The notes beneath the pieces were generated by a model. That model was not told the DNA's origin. It saw nothing but the letters and a program-made list of their open reading frames with translations, and made no database searches. 52,350 bases of DNA from assembly GCA_027451625.1 (NCBI GenBank), contig DAIDIY010000047.1, positions 1 through 52,350 on the forward strand, in the 5' to 3' direction. Position numbers and translations under genes: made by a program. Positions within the stretch are counted from its first letter, which is position 1; every line of letters starts with the position of its first letter. Below, piece by piece: positions 1 through 9,768 of the stretch. Origin of the DNA: Candidatus Daviesbacteria bacterium. Its GTDB lineage: Bacteria > Patescibacteriota > Microgenomatia > Daviesbacterales > UBA10151.

Positions 1-2
1 AG

Positions 3-1433
3 ATTCAAGCTTTTAAGCCTGTAGAATACTGGACTATTGAGGTCGAACTAAAACCTATCCCCGCTAAAGCTTTATCTTTTAAAGCCTTTGTTATCCAGTT
101 AAATGGTAAAAAAATTAATATAACCAACCAAGAAGAGGCTGGAAAGCATGTATCCTTCCTAAAACAGGCAAACTATACCGTCCAGAATGTTATTAAAAAG
201 GAAGTAAAACGACACCCCTATCCTCCTTTTACTACATCAACTCTTCAACAGACTGCTGCTAATAGACTCGGTTTTACAGCCAAGAGAACAATGATGCTAG
301 CTCAATATCTATATGAACAAGGTTTAATTACATATATGAGGACAGACTCATTAAATATTTCCTCAACTGCAATCTCTCAAGCAAGAGAGCATATTAATAA
401 CCATTTTGGCAGCTCATTTTTGCCTCCACAACCTAAGATTTATCGAACTAAATCCAAAGTAGCCCAAGAAGCTCATGAAGCAATAAGACCAACAAATATT
501 GATACTCAAGTAGAAAAATTAATGGAAGCTGAAGGTTTATCGAAAGATCACTTAAAGCTTTACGATCTAATTTGGAAGCGATTAGTTGCTTCACAGATGG
601 CTGATGCCATTTTGGATCAAACAACTGTTGATATAGATGGACTAGCTGATGCTAATAAATATTTACTCCGTGTAGTGGGCACAATTTTAAAATTTCCGGG
701 ATGGACAACCTTGTTTGAGGTAGAAAAAGAACCTCAAAAAGAAGCTGAAGAAAGCCAAGAATTACCAGCAATACAGTCTGGAGAAAATCTTATTTTTTGT
801 AACATCTATCCACTCCAACATTTTACTCAACCTCCACCAAGATATAATGAAGCTTCACTGATAAAAAAGTTAGAAGAATTAGGGATAGGAAGGCCTTCAA
901 CTTATGCTCCAACGCTAAGTACGATCCAAGATCGGTATTATATAGAAAAAGTAGAAAGACACTTAGTCCCTACTGAACTAGGTTTTGCGGTCACTGACTT
1001 TTTACTAAAAAACTTTCCCAACGTAATCGATTATACATTTACTGCAGGGTTGGAGGATCAACTCGATGAGATAGCAAGAGGTGAAAGAAAATGGCAAGAA
1101 GCAATCGGTCAGTTTTATACCCCTTTTGCTAATCAAATAGAAGATACTGCGAAGAAAGCGCAAAGAGTAGAGATTAACACTCCTGAAGTTGATAAAAAAT
1201 GCCCTGATTGCGGTAAACAATTGGTAGTTAAATTCGGGAAATTTGGCAAATTTTTGGCGTGTTCTGGTTTCCCCGATTGTAAACATACCGAAAATCTGGA
1301 AGAAATAATTGATGCTAAATGTCCAAATTGTGGAGGCCAAATAGTAATTCGACACAGCAAACGAGGTAAACCTTTCTATGGATGTAAGAATTATCCTAAT
1401 TGTAAATTTGCCAGTTGGACTAAACCTAAATAA
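3..1433 (+). CDS. topA: DNA topoisomerase I (type IA), 5'-truncated by window edge
   Basis: Frame is open from nt 3 (IQAFKPVEYWTI...PFTTSTLQQ). Motifs LYEQGLITYMRTDS (catalytic Tyr), QEAHEAIRPT, GIGRPSTYA and two C-terminal C4 zinc ribbons. The ORF-track start at 291 is internal. Confidence 0.97.
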   Translation: MQAFKPVEYWTIEVELKPIPAKALSFKAFVIQLNGKKINITNQEEAGKHVSFLKQANYTVQNVIKKEVKRHPYPPFTTSTLQQTAANRLGFTAKRTMMLAQYLYEQGLITYMRTDSLNISSTAISQAREHINNHFGSSFLPPQPKIYRTKSKVAQEAHEAIRPTNIDTQVEKLMEAEGLSKDHLKLYDLIWKRLVASQMADAILDQTTVDIDGLADANKYLLRVVGTILKFPGWTTLFEVEKEPQKEAEESQELPAIQSGENLIFCNIYPLQHFTQPPPRYNEASLIKKLEELGIGRPSTYAPTLSTIQDRYYIEKVERHLVPTELGFAVTDFLLKNFPNVIDYTFTAGLEDQLDEIARGERKWQEAIGQFYTPFANQIEDTAKKAQRVEINTPEVDKKCPDCGKQLVVKFGKFGKFLACSGFPDCKHTENLEEIIDAKCPNCGGQIVIRHSKRGKPFYGCKNYPNCKFASWTKPK

Positions 1434-1521
1434 ATATAAATTGTTAAATTAGATTATCTATATCTGAATAATGATTGATTTTTGACTTTAAATGTGAGAC
1501 TCTTTAATTAAGAGTCTGCCC

Positions 1522-2727
1522 ATGGCTGATATCTTTTATCCAACTACTGAGAATAATTTTGATCTTCTAACTACTATTATCTATGATGGGATAAGCCGCA
1601 GATCTAGTGATATTCATTTCCAGATTGAACGTAATCAGTTTCTAATTAGATTTAGAATTGATGGACAGCTTTATGAATATAAGAACTTTCCTGAAGAGGC
1701 AGCTGAGGAAATAGTATCGAGAATGAAAGTTTTAGGGGGAATGGATATAGCCAAACATCATGTACCCCAAGATGGACATTTTGAATTTTCTTACAATGGT
1801 AATACTTTTAATATACGGGTTTCGAGTATTCCTACTATATATGGTGAGTCCGTTGTCTTAAGACTTCACACAAGGCCAGAGACACTTCTTCCACTTGATA
1901 AAATTGGTTTTGAACAGGACCAATTAAGGCTTCTTAAAAATATGATTACATCAAGTTCTGGAATTATCTTAGTAACCGGCCCAACCAGCTCTGGAAAAAC
2001 TACCTTGCTTTACTCCATTCTTAACTTTCTTAATAATCCCACCAGGAGTATTTTAACTATAGAAGACCCGATAGAACTTCAAATTAACAATATCCGCCAA
2101 ACCCAAATAAACGAAGATATGGGACTAACATTCCCTAAAATCCTTCGCTCTGTCTTAAGACAAGATCCAAACATTATTATGCTTGGGGAGATTCGTGATG
2201 ATGAATCTGCTTTAATATCTATTCAAGCAGCTTTATCTGGAATTTTGATTCTTTCCACTTTCCATACTTTTGATGTCCCCGCACTTGTTAGCAGATTTAT
2301 GGAGATGAAAATACCTCCATCTGTCGTTGCTCAAGCAGTTAAAGGTGTTATATCAGTAAGATTAATCAGGACTATTTGTAAATATTGTAAATCTGAATAC
2401 ACTCTCAGTGAGTTTGAACAACGAATTTATGATCATTACCGACAAATAATTCCTCAGCTTGCAAATGTGAAATTTCAAAAAGGTAAAGGATGTAGTAACT
2501 GCCAAGGAACTGGCTATTTAGGTCGATCTCCTATCTTCGAAATAGTTTATTTCGATGAGCTTATTCGGTCAGGAATTATTGAAAGGAAACCTATATCATT
2601 TATTTATGATCTCCTTAAGCAAAAAAAAATTAAAAGCCTGCAAGAAATGGCATTGGCAAAAGTACTTACAGGAGAAACTACTTTTGAGGAAATAGCGAGA
2701 GTAACCGACTTTGCTCATCTAATGTAA
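1522..2727 (+). CDS. GspE/PilB-family secretion/pilus assembly ATPase (short form)
   Basis: SSDIHF, PQDGHF, Walker A GPTSSGKT, TIEDPIE, LRQDPNIIMLGEIRD, CxxC...CxxC zinc motif. Confidence 0.92.
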   Translation: MADIFYPTTENNFDLLTTIIYDGISRRSSDIHFQIERNQFLIRFRIDGQLYEYKNFPEEAAEEIVSRMKVLGGMDIAKHHVPQDGHFEFSYNGNTFNIRVSSIPTIYGESVVLRLHTRPETLLPLDKIGFEQDQLRLLKNMITSSSGIILVTGPTSSGKTTLLYSILNFLNNPTRSILTIEDPIELQINNIRQTQINEDMGLTFPKILRSVLRQDPNIIMLGEIRDDESALISIQAALSGILILSTFHTFDVPALVSRFMEMKIPPSVVAQAVKGVISVRLIRTICKYCKSEYTLSEFEQRIYDHYRQIIPQLANVKFQKGKGCSNCQGTGYLGRSPIFEIVYFDELIRSGIIERKPISFIYDLLKQKKIKSLQEMALAKVLTGETTFEEIARVTDFAHLM

Positions 2728-2819
2728 AACATAATTAGAGATTACTCTAAAAAGGTAATTGATTTTTAAGTTAAATTTTGCCATTATAGTCAAGGCTTTT
2801 TAAAATCACTAAGTTTTCC

Positions 2820-4433
2820 ATGAAGTACATCTTTGTTTCAGGCGGAGTTATATCAGGTATAGGTAAGGGAATCGCCACCGCTTCAATCTGTCTACTTCTA
2901 AAAGCTGCTGGATATCGCGTAACAGTTATCAAGATGGATCCATATTTGAATGTAGATGCAGGGACTATGAATCCTCTAGCGCACGGGGAAACTTTTGTTC
3001 TTGATGATGGTCGAGAGACGGATCAAGATTTAGGACATTATGAGAGATATTTAAATCAAAACCTTAATTCGACAAATATAGCTACCCAAGGAAGCATATA
3101 CCTTTCAGTAATCCAAAAGGAACGCAACTTAGAATATGATGGAGATTATGTTGATATACACAATGTTACTCAAGAGATTATAAACCGTATCAACCTGGCA
3201 GGCAAAGAAAATAATGCTGAGATCACAATTATTGAGATTGGGGGGACTACTGGGGAGTATCAAAATGTCTTATTTTTAGAGGCAAATAGGTTATTAAAAT
3301 TAAAAAAGCATAATGATGTAATTCATATTCACATTAGCTATCTACCGATACCCGCCAATATAGGAGAGCTCAAAAGTAAACCAGTCCAGATGTCGGTAAA
3401 AGACTTACATGAAGTAGGAATTCAGCCTGATATCCTTTTAGCTCGAGCCGAAATTTCTATAGATACTCCAAGAATTAAAAGATTGGCATTTAATACAGGG
3501 ATCGAAGAGGAAGATATTATTGCAGCCCCTGATGTTGGTAATATATACGAGATTCCTCTCAACTTTGAATCAGGCCATCTAACCTCACGGATATTAAAAA
3601 AACTAAAACTCCGCCGTCGTAAAACCCACCTCTTAAGCGACTGGAGAAAATTTATTCAAAAAGCCAAGAAAGCAAAAAATGAGGTCAGGATAGCTATCGT
3701 TGGTAAATATTTCGCTTCTGGTTCGGGAGTATTAACTGATTCTTATATTTCAGTTATCGAAGCGATCAAGCATGCCTCTTATACACAAGGACTTATACCC
3801 AAAATTACATGGGTAGACTCAGGTAGAGTTTTAAAAGATATCAGTCAACTTAATGGATTCCAAGGGATTATTGTACCTGGAGGATTCGGATCGCGAGATA
3901 TTGAAGGGAAAATTGAGGCTGTAAAATTTGCTCGAGAGAATAAAATTCCATATTTGGGGCTATGTTATGGAATGCATATGGCAGTCATTGAATATGCACG
4001 AAATGTCTTAAATTTTTCTAACGCTCACACTACAGAGGTTGATCCTAACACAAAATATCCAGTCATTCATATAATGCCCGAACAGCAGAAAAAATTATTA
4101 TCCCGTGATTATGGAGGAACTATGCGCCTTGGAGCATGGGAGTGTGTTCTAAAAGATGGAACTTTAGTCAGAAAACTTTATGGAAAAAAACAGATCTCTG
4201 AAAGGCATCGACACCGTTATGAGTTTAATAATGATTTTCTCCAATCATTTCTGACTAATGGTTTTACTATTTCCGGTACCTCTCCAGATGGAAAATTAGT
4301 AGAAATCATTGAGCTAAGACATCACCCCTTCTTTATTGCTACTCAATTTCATCCTGAGCTTAAATCACGACCACTATCCCCTCATCCATTATTTGTAGGT
4401 TTTATCAAAGCAGCAAGTGAAATTATAAGTTAA
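2820..4433 (+). CDS. pyrG: CTP synthase
   Basis: GGVISGIGKG, KMDPYLNVDAGTM, GATase GLCYGM, RHRHRYE, QFHPE. Confidence 0.98.
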   Translation: MKYIFVSGGVISGIGKGIATASICLLLKAAGYRVTVIKMDPYLNVDAGTMNPLAHGETFVLDDGRETDQDLGHYERYLNQNLNSTNIATQGSIYLSVIQKERNLEYDGDYVDIHNVTQEIINRINLAGKENNAEITIIEIGGTTGEYQNVLFLEANRLLKLKKHNDVIHIHISYLPIPANIGELKSKPVQMSVKDLHEVGIQPDILLARAEISIDTPRIKRLAFNTGIEEEDIIAAPDVGNIYEIPLNFESGHLTSRILKKLKLRRRKTHLLSDWRKFIQKAKKAKNEVRIAIVGKYFASGSGVLTDSYISVIEAIKHASYTQGLIPKITWVDSGRVLKDISQLNGFQGIIVPGGFGSRDIEGKIEAVKFARENKIPYLGLCYGMHMAVIEYARNVLNFSNAHTTEVDPNTKYPVIHIMPEQQKKLLSRDYGGTMRLGAWECVLKDGTLVRKLYGKKQISERHRHRYEFNNDFLQSFLTNGFTISGTSPDGKLVEIIELRHHPFFIATQFHPELKSRPLSPHPLFVGFIKAASEIIS

Positions 4434-4439
4434 AAGCCG

Positions 4440-5012
4440 ATGATTATAGGTTTAAATGAGATTGTAAAACGAGTTCGGGAACAAAATCTAATTGAAGGAT
4501 TATCAGAACGTGAACTTCACAATCCTGAAGGATGTGGAATAGATTTAAGAATCAAAGAGATTCATAAGATAGTTTCTGGAGGAGCATTTATAAAAGCAGA
4601 CGATGGTCTTGATTTAGGATCTCGCAAAGGAGTTGAAACAGAACTTATAAGCTGCTATGATCCTAAAAAAGGGGCATCAGAACAGGATGAAATTTCATTG
4701 CAGCCCGATGAATATTATCTAATTAAAACCCTAGAGTATCTAAATATACCTAGTGATTTAGCAGTCTTAGGTTATGGAAGAGGGACATTAATGAAATCTG
4801 GAGTTTTACTTATCGCGACTAAGGGAGATCCGGGATATGAAGGCCATTTAGTTTTTGGTTTAAAAAACTTTAGTCAGTTTCCCGTATCGATTCAGCTGGG
4901 AGCTAGAATTGCGAATGTTATATTTATAAAAGTTGACGGAGAAACTATAAATTATAGAGGTCAACATCAAGGAGGACGCATATCAATAAGTCAGGAGGAA
5001 AAACAAGTCTAA
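4440..5012 (+). CDS. dcd: dCTP deaminase / trimeric dUTPase family protein
   Basis: GIDLRI, GRGTLMKSG, DPGYEGHL, GARIA and YRGQHQG motifs; lies between pyrG and tmk. Confidence 0.75.
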   Translation: MIIGLNEIVKRVREQNLIEGLSERELHNPEGCGIDLRIKEIHKIVSGGAFIKADDGLDLGSRKGVETELISCYDPKKGASEQDEISLQPDEYYLIKTLEYLNIPSDLAVLGYGRGTLMKSGVLLIATKGDPGYEGHLVFGLKNFSQFPVSIQLGARIANVIFIKVDGETINYRGQHQGGRISISQEEKQV

Positions 5013-5078
5013 ATAATAATTTGATTTTAACAAGTCAATGGCAGGTCTAAAAAAGATTATTTAGAAGAAGAGTTAGAG

Positions 5079-5774
5079 ATGAACAAAAAGAGAGGACATT
5101 TTATTGTTTTTGAGGGAACTGATGGCTCAGGGAAGGCTACTCAAGTCAAACTTTTGAGAGCAGAGTTACAAAGAAAAGGTGTTAAACATCAAGTAATCGC
5201 TTTCCCACGGTATGGAGGAAACCCGTATAGCAAACTTATCTCAAATTATTTGAATGGAGATTTTGGTGAGGTGGACGAAGTTAATAATTATTTAATCTCT
5301 CTAGCTTATGCCGGAGATAGATTTTTAGCCAAAGAAATAATTAATGATTGGCTGGATCAAGGATATTTGGTAATAGCAGATCGATATGTATCTTCAAATA
5401 AGGCCTTTATGGGAGCTAAATTGCCCAAAGATAAAAGGCAGGAGTTTATCGATTGGCTAGATGATCTAGAATATTCAATCAATGGAATTCCGCGCGAAGA
5501 ATTGACTCTTTTTCTAAATGTTCCTGTTGATCTAACTTTTAAAAACGTAGCCCAAAAAGGAGGAAGAGATTATCTTAAAAATCAAACTCACGATATACAT
5601 GAACGGAACCTTAATTATCAAGAAGAAACTCGAAAAGTGTATTTAGGAATATCTGAGATTGAACCGGGGTGGGAAGTAATTAATTGCATAATCAAAGATA
5701 AAATGATCGACAGACAGACGATACATTCGCAGATAAAACAGATACTTTCTAATAAAGAGATAATTAATATTTAA
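5079..5774 (+). CDS. tmk: Thymidylate kinase
   Basis: FIVFEGTDGSGKATQ P-loop, FPRY, ADRYVSSN, DIHE. Confidence 0.93.
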   Translation: MNKKRGHFIVFEGTDGSGKATQVKLLRAELQRKGVKHQVIAFPRYGGNPYSKLISNYLNGDFGEVDEVNNYLISLAYAGDRFLAKEIINDWLDQGYLVIADRYVSSNKAFMGAKLPKDKRQEFIDWLDDLEYSINGIPREELTLFLNVPVDLTFKNVAQKGGRDYLKNQTHDIHERNLNYQEETRKVYLGISEIEPGWEVINCIIKDKMIDRQTIHSQIKQILSNKEIINI

Positions 5775-5804
5775 AGAATTTTTATCTTAATTTAAGAAAA
5801 CCAC

Positions 5805-6419
5805 TTAAAATCCTAAGACCTCTTTGACAAAAATTAAAGTAATCCTATCTGGAGCTACCTCTTTATCAATTATTAAAATTTTATTCACAGCACTACCCGG
5901 TACTCCGTAGGCCTTTTTTGCTCTCTCAGACTCAAGGGGTAAAGAGTGTCCATAAATTCGATCGAAACCTTCTTGTCGATCTCTAACTATTTTTTGAGTA
6001 CCAACAACCCAAATTACATGATCTGCTCCATAAGCATATGCTGGTAACTGACTTCCTGTATTTGACGCTATTATAACCTCTCCTTCTTCAGTGACGGCAT
6101 GGACACTCCCTATCGCCCACTGCGGAGTTGCACCTAATTTCTTCATTTGAGCCCCCTGAGTTTGTCTATCCATACCCATAAGTTCATTTCTTATAGATTT
6201 GTATCTGCCAGAATTATTAATTTCTTCAGATATTCCGACAGTATCTAAAGTCACAGATGTTAAGGTAAATACTTCTGATCCCTCGGGAACCATCTCTAAA
6301 ACTTTCTGTTTTGCTTCCTCTTTATTATCAACCACAACAACTTTAATATTATGATCATCAAGTGACTGAGATGTTTTTTGAACTGATTCTTCCGATGCAA
6401 GTGTAGTCCATTTATCCAT
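5805..6419 (-). CDS. LUD (lactate utilization LutC-like) domain protein
   Basis: GSVHAVTEEGEVIIASNTGSQL, VIWVVGTQKIV and C-terminal EVLGF, typical of LUD-domain proteins. Confidence 0.8.
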   Translation of the reverse strand: MDKWTTLASEESVQKTSQSLDDHNIKVVVVDNKEEAKQKVLEMVPEGSEVFTLTSVTLDTVGISEEINNSGRYKSIRNELMGMDRQTQGAQMKKLGATPQWAIGSVHAVTEEGEVIIASNTGSQLPAYAYGADHVIWVVGTQKIVRDRQEGFDRIYGHSLPLESERAKKAYGVPGSAVNKILIIDKEVAPDRITLIFVKEVLGF

Positions 6420-6433
6420 GTATATTATTTTAT

Positions 6434-6480
6434 ATACTTACTTTATAATGTAAAGTAGTTACAAAATATAAAGTAAGTAT
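6434..6480. promoter_or_regulatory. Inverted repeat / probable HxlR-family operator between divergent genes
   Basis: ATACTTACTTTATA (6434-6447) is the perfect reverse complement of TATAAAGTAAGTAT (6467-6480). Confidence 0.6.
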
Positions 6481-6492
6481 CAATAAATCTAT

Positions 6493-6801
6493 ATGAATTT
6501 AGAAGATCATTCTAACTGTAGTATTTCTAAAACATTAAAAATAATCGGATCCAAGTGGACCATGTTAATTTTGCATCTTCTGTTTGATGAGACTCTAAGA
6601 TTCGGACAATTACAAAAATCATTGAATGGTATTAGTCCTAAGACTCTATCTCAAAGGCTTAAAGAGTTAGAAAAAGATGGAATAATTAAAAAAGAGGTAT
6701 ATATACAAATTCCACTTAAAGTTGAATATTCCTTAACAGCGAAGGGTCAGTCTTTAAAAGAAATTTTCTCTAAAATGACAGAATGGGGATCTACGATATA
6801 A
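6493..6801 (+). CDS. HxlR/DUF24-family winged-helix transcriptional regulator
   Basis: N-terminal Cys (CSISKTLKIIGSKW), LRFGQLQ, ISPKTLSQRLKELE, KVEYSLT. Confidence 0.93.
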   Translation: MNLEDHSNCSISKTLKIIGSKWTMLILHLLFDETLRFGQLQKSLNGISPKTLSQRLKELEKDGIIKKEVYIQIPLKVEYSLTAKGQSLKEIFSKMTEWGSTI

Positions 6802-6808
6802 CCTTGTC

Positions 6809-9331
6809 TTATAAAAAATCCATGAATGAGTCGTCAACCGTAATCTTTTCACCCCGTTTTAGTTTATTCTCTAAAATCATTACTGAAAATCTTGCTTCAA
6901 GGGTATCTTGAATTAAACGTCTAAGCGGTCTTGCTCCCATTACTGGATCATAACCTTTTTGTGCGAGTAAGGAAACCAATTTATCGGTAAAATCTACCAT
7001 AAAACCCTGATCGGAAAGTATCTTCTGTAATGATTTAAGTTTAATCCTAACTATTTCTTCTAACTCTTCAACTTTAAGCGGCTTAAAGATGACAACTTCG
7101 TCAAATCTATTTATAAGCTCTGGTTGAAATATTTTTAACAGTTCTTCTTTGACTTGAGATTCTATTTCTTTTACCCCTTTCCCCTCTTCAAGTTTTGAAG
7201 CAATAAGTAAGCTAGCAGCGTTTGAAGTAGCAATTATAATTATATTAGTCAAATCAACTATTTCTCCTGTTCCATCTGTTAATCTACCATCTTCTAAAAC
7301 TTGTAAAAACAAAGTTAATATTTTAGGATCTGCTTTTTCAAATTCGTCCAATAATAGTAACCCATAGGGATGGTGATGTATCTCGCCTGTGAGTTGGCCT
7401 TCTTCATCATCTTTTCCTATAAGTCTTTCGATAGACTCAGGATTTTGGTACTCTGACATATCAAAGCGCCAAAAACTACCTTTATTATGAAAGTATATCT
7501 TAGCCACAATTTTAGCGAGTTCTGTCTTACCTACACCTGTCGGACCTACAAAGAGAAAAGAGCCAATAGGTCTTTTTATATCTCTTAATTGGGCTGCAGA
7601 TCGTTGTAAAACTTTAGAGACTGCGCTGACAGCCTCTTCTTGATCTATGAATTCTTGATGAACTAGTGGAGAAAAATTTAGTATTTCCTCCTTTTGTTTT
7701 CCGGTCACCTCTCCTACTGGTATATTAAGTTCGGTTTGAATTAATTTTTGAACACAAGCTCGTTTCACCCACGCTTTATCTGCATACGATAATGATCTCT
7801 CCCATAAATTCAAAGCACCAGCAGGTAAAGCTTGATCTACTATAAACTTTTGGCTACTTAAAATTATCTCTTTTAAGGCTGGGATTGTATATGATATCCT
7901 TTTCTCTTTTTCTGTCTTAATACACTCAATTTCTAAAATTTCAAACGTTTCATCTGTGGATGCTGGAGGAAGAGATATTTTAGTAAATCTTTGTAAGAAA
8001 GTATGATCCCGTTCTAAAACTTTCCCTAACCCCTCTTCTGTTGAGCTTATAATAAAGACAATGTCCTGAGAATTGAGATAAGGTAATATTAAGGAATAAA
8101 TATTTAAATTATTTCCTGCATCTCCTATTCCCAGGTCCTCTACTTCATCTATATAAATAATGATATTCCCACAATTTTGAGCTTCATCAAATATGCTTTT
8201 TATCCGTTCAGCTAACTCCCCTTCCGTTTTGACACCAGAGATAAGTCCTGTTAGATCTAACTGAACAATTCTTTTTGTTGCTAGTGACGAAGGAGCATCC
8301 CCACGAATAATTAATTTGGCTAAATATTCAACTAATGTTGTTTTCCCTGTTCCTGGTTGTCCTATTAATAGGATATTTCGATTATTATTTAAAGATAAGG
8401 TATTTACTACTTTACTCACAACATCTACTCTTCCTATAAGGTCAGGAATAAATCTTGTTGAAGCTTTTTGGGTCAAGTCAGATGTAATACGGTCCAAATT
8501 CGGGGTAGGAATATTTAACCATCCTCTGTTGACTCCTTTTAAATGCCTTACTTCAAATTTTTCATCCCAAACATTCACTCTTTCTTTTAATTCTATCTTC
8601 TTTTCGACAAACTTTAGAGTATTAATAAAATCCTCTTCTCCAAGTCTAAATTGAATTAATTTTTGACTAAAAAGAGAGGTTGAGAGAACAATTCCACAAA
8701 AAAAATACTCTGAGGAAAGATATATCGCATTCAGTTCTTTTCCTAGCTTAAGTGTTTTCTCTAGAGCAGAATTAGGATCATAGATCAAGTTTAAATTCAA
8801 GACATCTTTTGGAGTTAGCTCTAAATATTCCAAAAAGACTTTTATTTCATCAAATTGTAGGAGTGCCTTTAAATCAAATTTAGACTTATCAATCAGCGAA
8901 GACTTCCATATTTCTTCAACTCCTTTAATTTTCCAGACCTTCTTTTGAGGATGACTGAAATAATTATAAACAATAAAAATTACCCCCCAAGCACAAACCA
9001 AATGAAAAATAACCCTCCATTCATCTTGTATAATAAAAGAAAGGAATGGAGATGCAATCCAAATCACGCTTAAGGATAAAACTATCAAACTAACGAAACC
9101 GAAACTAAATAATCCAAGAATAATTCTGCTTAATCTAAATAAAAGACTTAAAATACGACCAGTTATCGACCTGTCATGATATAAAGGTACAAAAAGTAAT
9201 CTAAACATTAAGCCAACACTCAAGTCCTCTTCTAAGTAAAACAATGAGTTTTCCCAAATTCTCAACCATACTAAAACTCCATCAATAAACCAAAACTTAA
9301 AGATATATAAAGGCAAATATAAAAATCTCAT
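6809..9331 (-). CDS. Clp/Hsp100-like double AAA+ ATPase with N-terminal transmembrane region
   Basis: Walker A GQPGTGKT and GPTGVGKTE; Walker B IIIYIDE and LLLLDEFEKA; FQPELINRFD, GARPLRR; hydrophobic helices in the first ~125 aa. Confidence 0.88.
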   Translation of the reverse strand: MRFLYLPLYIFKFWFIDGVLVWLRIWENSLFYLEEDLSVGLMFRLLFVPLYHDRSITGRILSLLFRLSRIILGLFSFGFVSLIVLSLSVIWIASPFLSFIIQDEWRVIFHLVCAWGVIFIVYNYFSHPQKKVWKIKGVEEIWKSSLIDKSKFDLKALLQFDEIKVFLEYLELTPKDVLNLNLIYDPNSALEKTLKLGKELNAIYLSSEYFFCGIVLSTSLFSQKLIQFRLGEEDFINTLKFVEKKIELKERVNVWDEKFEVRHLKGVNRGWLNIPTPNLDRITSDLTQKASTRFIPDLIGRVDVVSKVVNTLSLNNNRNILLIGQPGTGKTTLVEYLAKLIIRGDAPSSLATKRIVQLDLTGLISGVKTEGELAERIKSIFDEAQNCGNIIIYIDEVEDLGIGDAGNNLNIYSLILPYLNSQDIVFIISSTEEGLGKVLERDHTFLQRFTKISLPPASTDETFEILEIECIKTEKEKRISYTIPALKEIILSSQKFIVDQALPAGALNLWERSLSYADKAWVKRACVQKLIQTELNIPVGEVTGKQKEEILNFSPLVHQEFIDQEEAVSAVSKVLQRSAAQLRDIKRPIGSFLFVGPTGVGKTELAKIVAKIYFHNKGSFWRFDMSEYQNPESIERLIGKDDEEGQLTGEIHHHPYGLLLLDEFEKADPKILTLFLQVLEDGRLTDGTGEIVDLTNIIIIATSNAASLLIASKLEEGKGVKEIESQVKEELLKIFQPELINRFDEVVIFKPLKVEELEEIVRIKLKSLQKILSDQGFMVDFTDKLVSLLAQKGYDPVMGARPLRRLIQDTLEARFSVMILENKLKRGEKITVDDSFMDFL

Positions 9332-9368
9332 TTTATAGGTAAATTAGAATTCAAACTAACAATATCAT

Positions 9369-9728
9369 TTATTTCACTCTAACAACATTTCCTTTAAGAT
9401 CCAATTCAACAAAATGTTTGGCTCTACCTTCTAAATAAGCTTGACATTGATTTCCTGGCAAATCATCTACAGGCTGCCTTGGGTTATGAACTATATCGGC
9501 TACCCACCCTGGCATCAAATCATTTGTTAAACAAGGACCAGATGAGAATTTTACTCCCTCTTTGACTGCTTTCCGATATAAACCCTGTGCCAAAAAAACG
9601 GCGTGTTCCGAATCCATTTTAAATTTCATCTCCTTACTGACCTGTTGTTGATTAAATATTACAGTCAAAGTAGCCATTAACAAAACGAATATTAGAACTC
9701 CCCAAAACAATCTTGTTCGGCGCTCCAT
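9369..9728 (-). CDS. Small single-pass exported protein of unknown function
   Basis: N-terminal TM helix, then a compact domain with two Cys (GPCL...NQC) and HFVELD. Confidence 0.75.
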   Translation of the reverse strand: MERRTRLFWGVLIFVLLMATLTVIFNQQQVSKEMKFKMDSEHAVFLAQGLYRKAVKEGVKFSSGPCLTNDLMPGWVADIVHNPRQPVDDLPGNQCQAYLEGRAKHFVELDLKGNVVRVK

Positions 9729-9768
9729 ATAAATATTCTAGCAAACTTTAATAGAAATTTTTACAGGG

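Noticed and set aside
1005-1360. Antisense ORFs 1005-1355 and 1133-1360
   Set aside because: They are shadows of topA on the opposite strand with no motifs.
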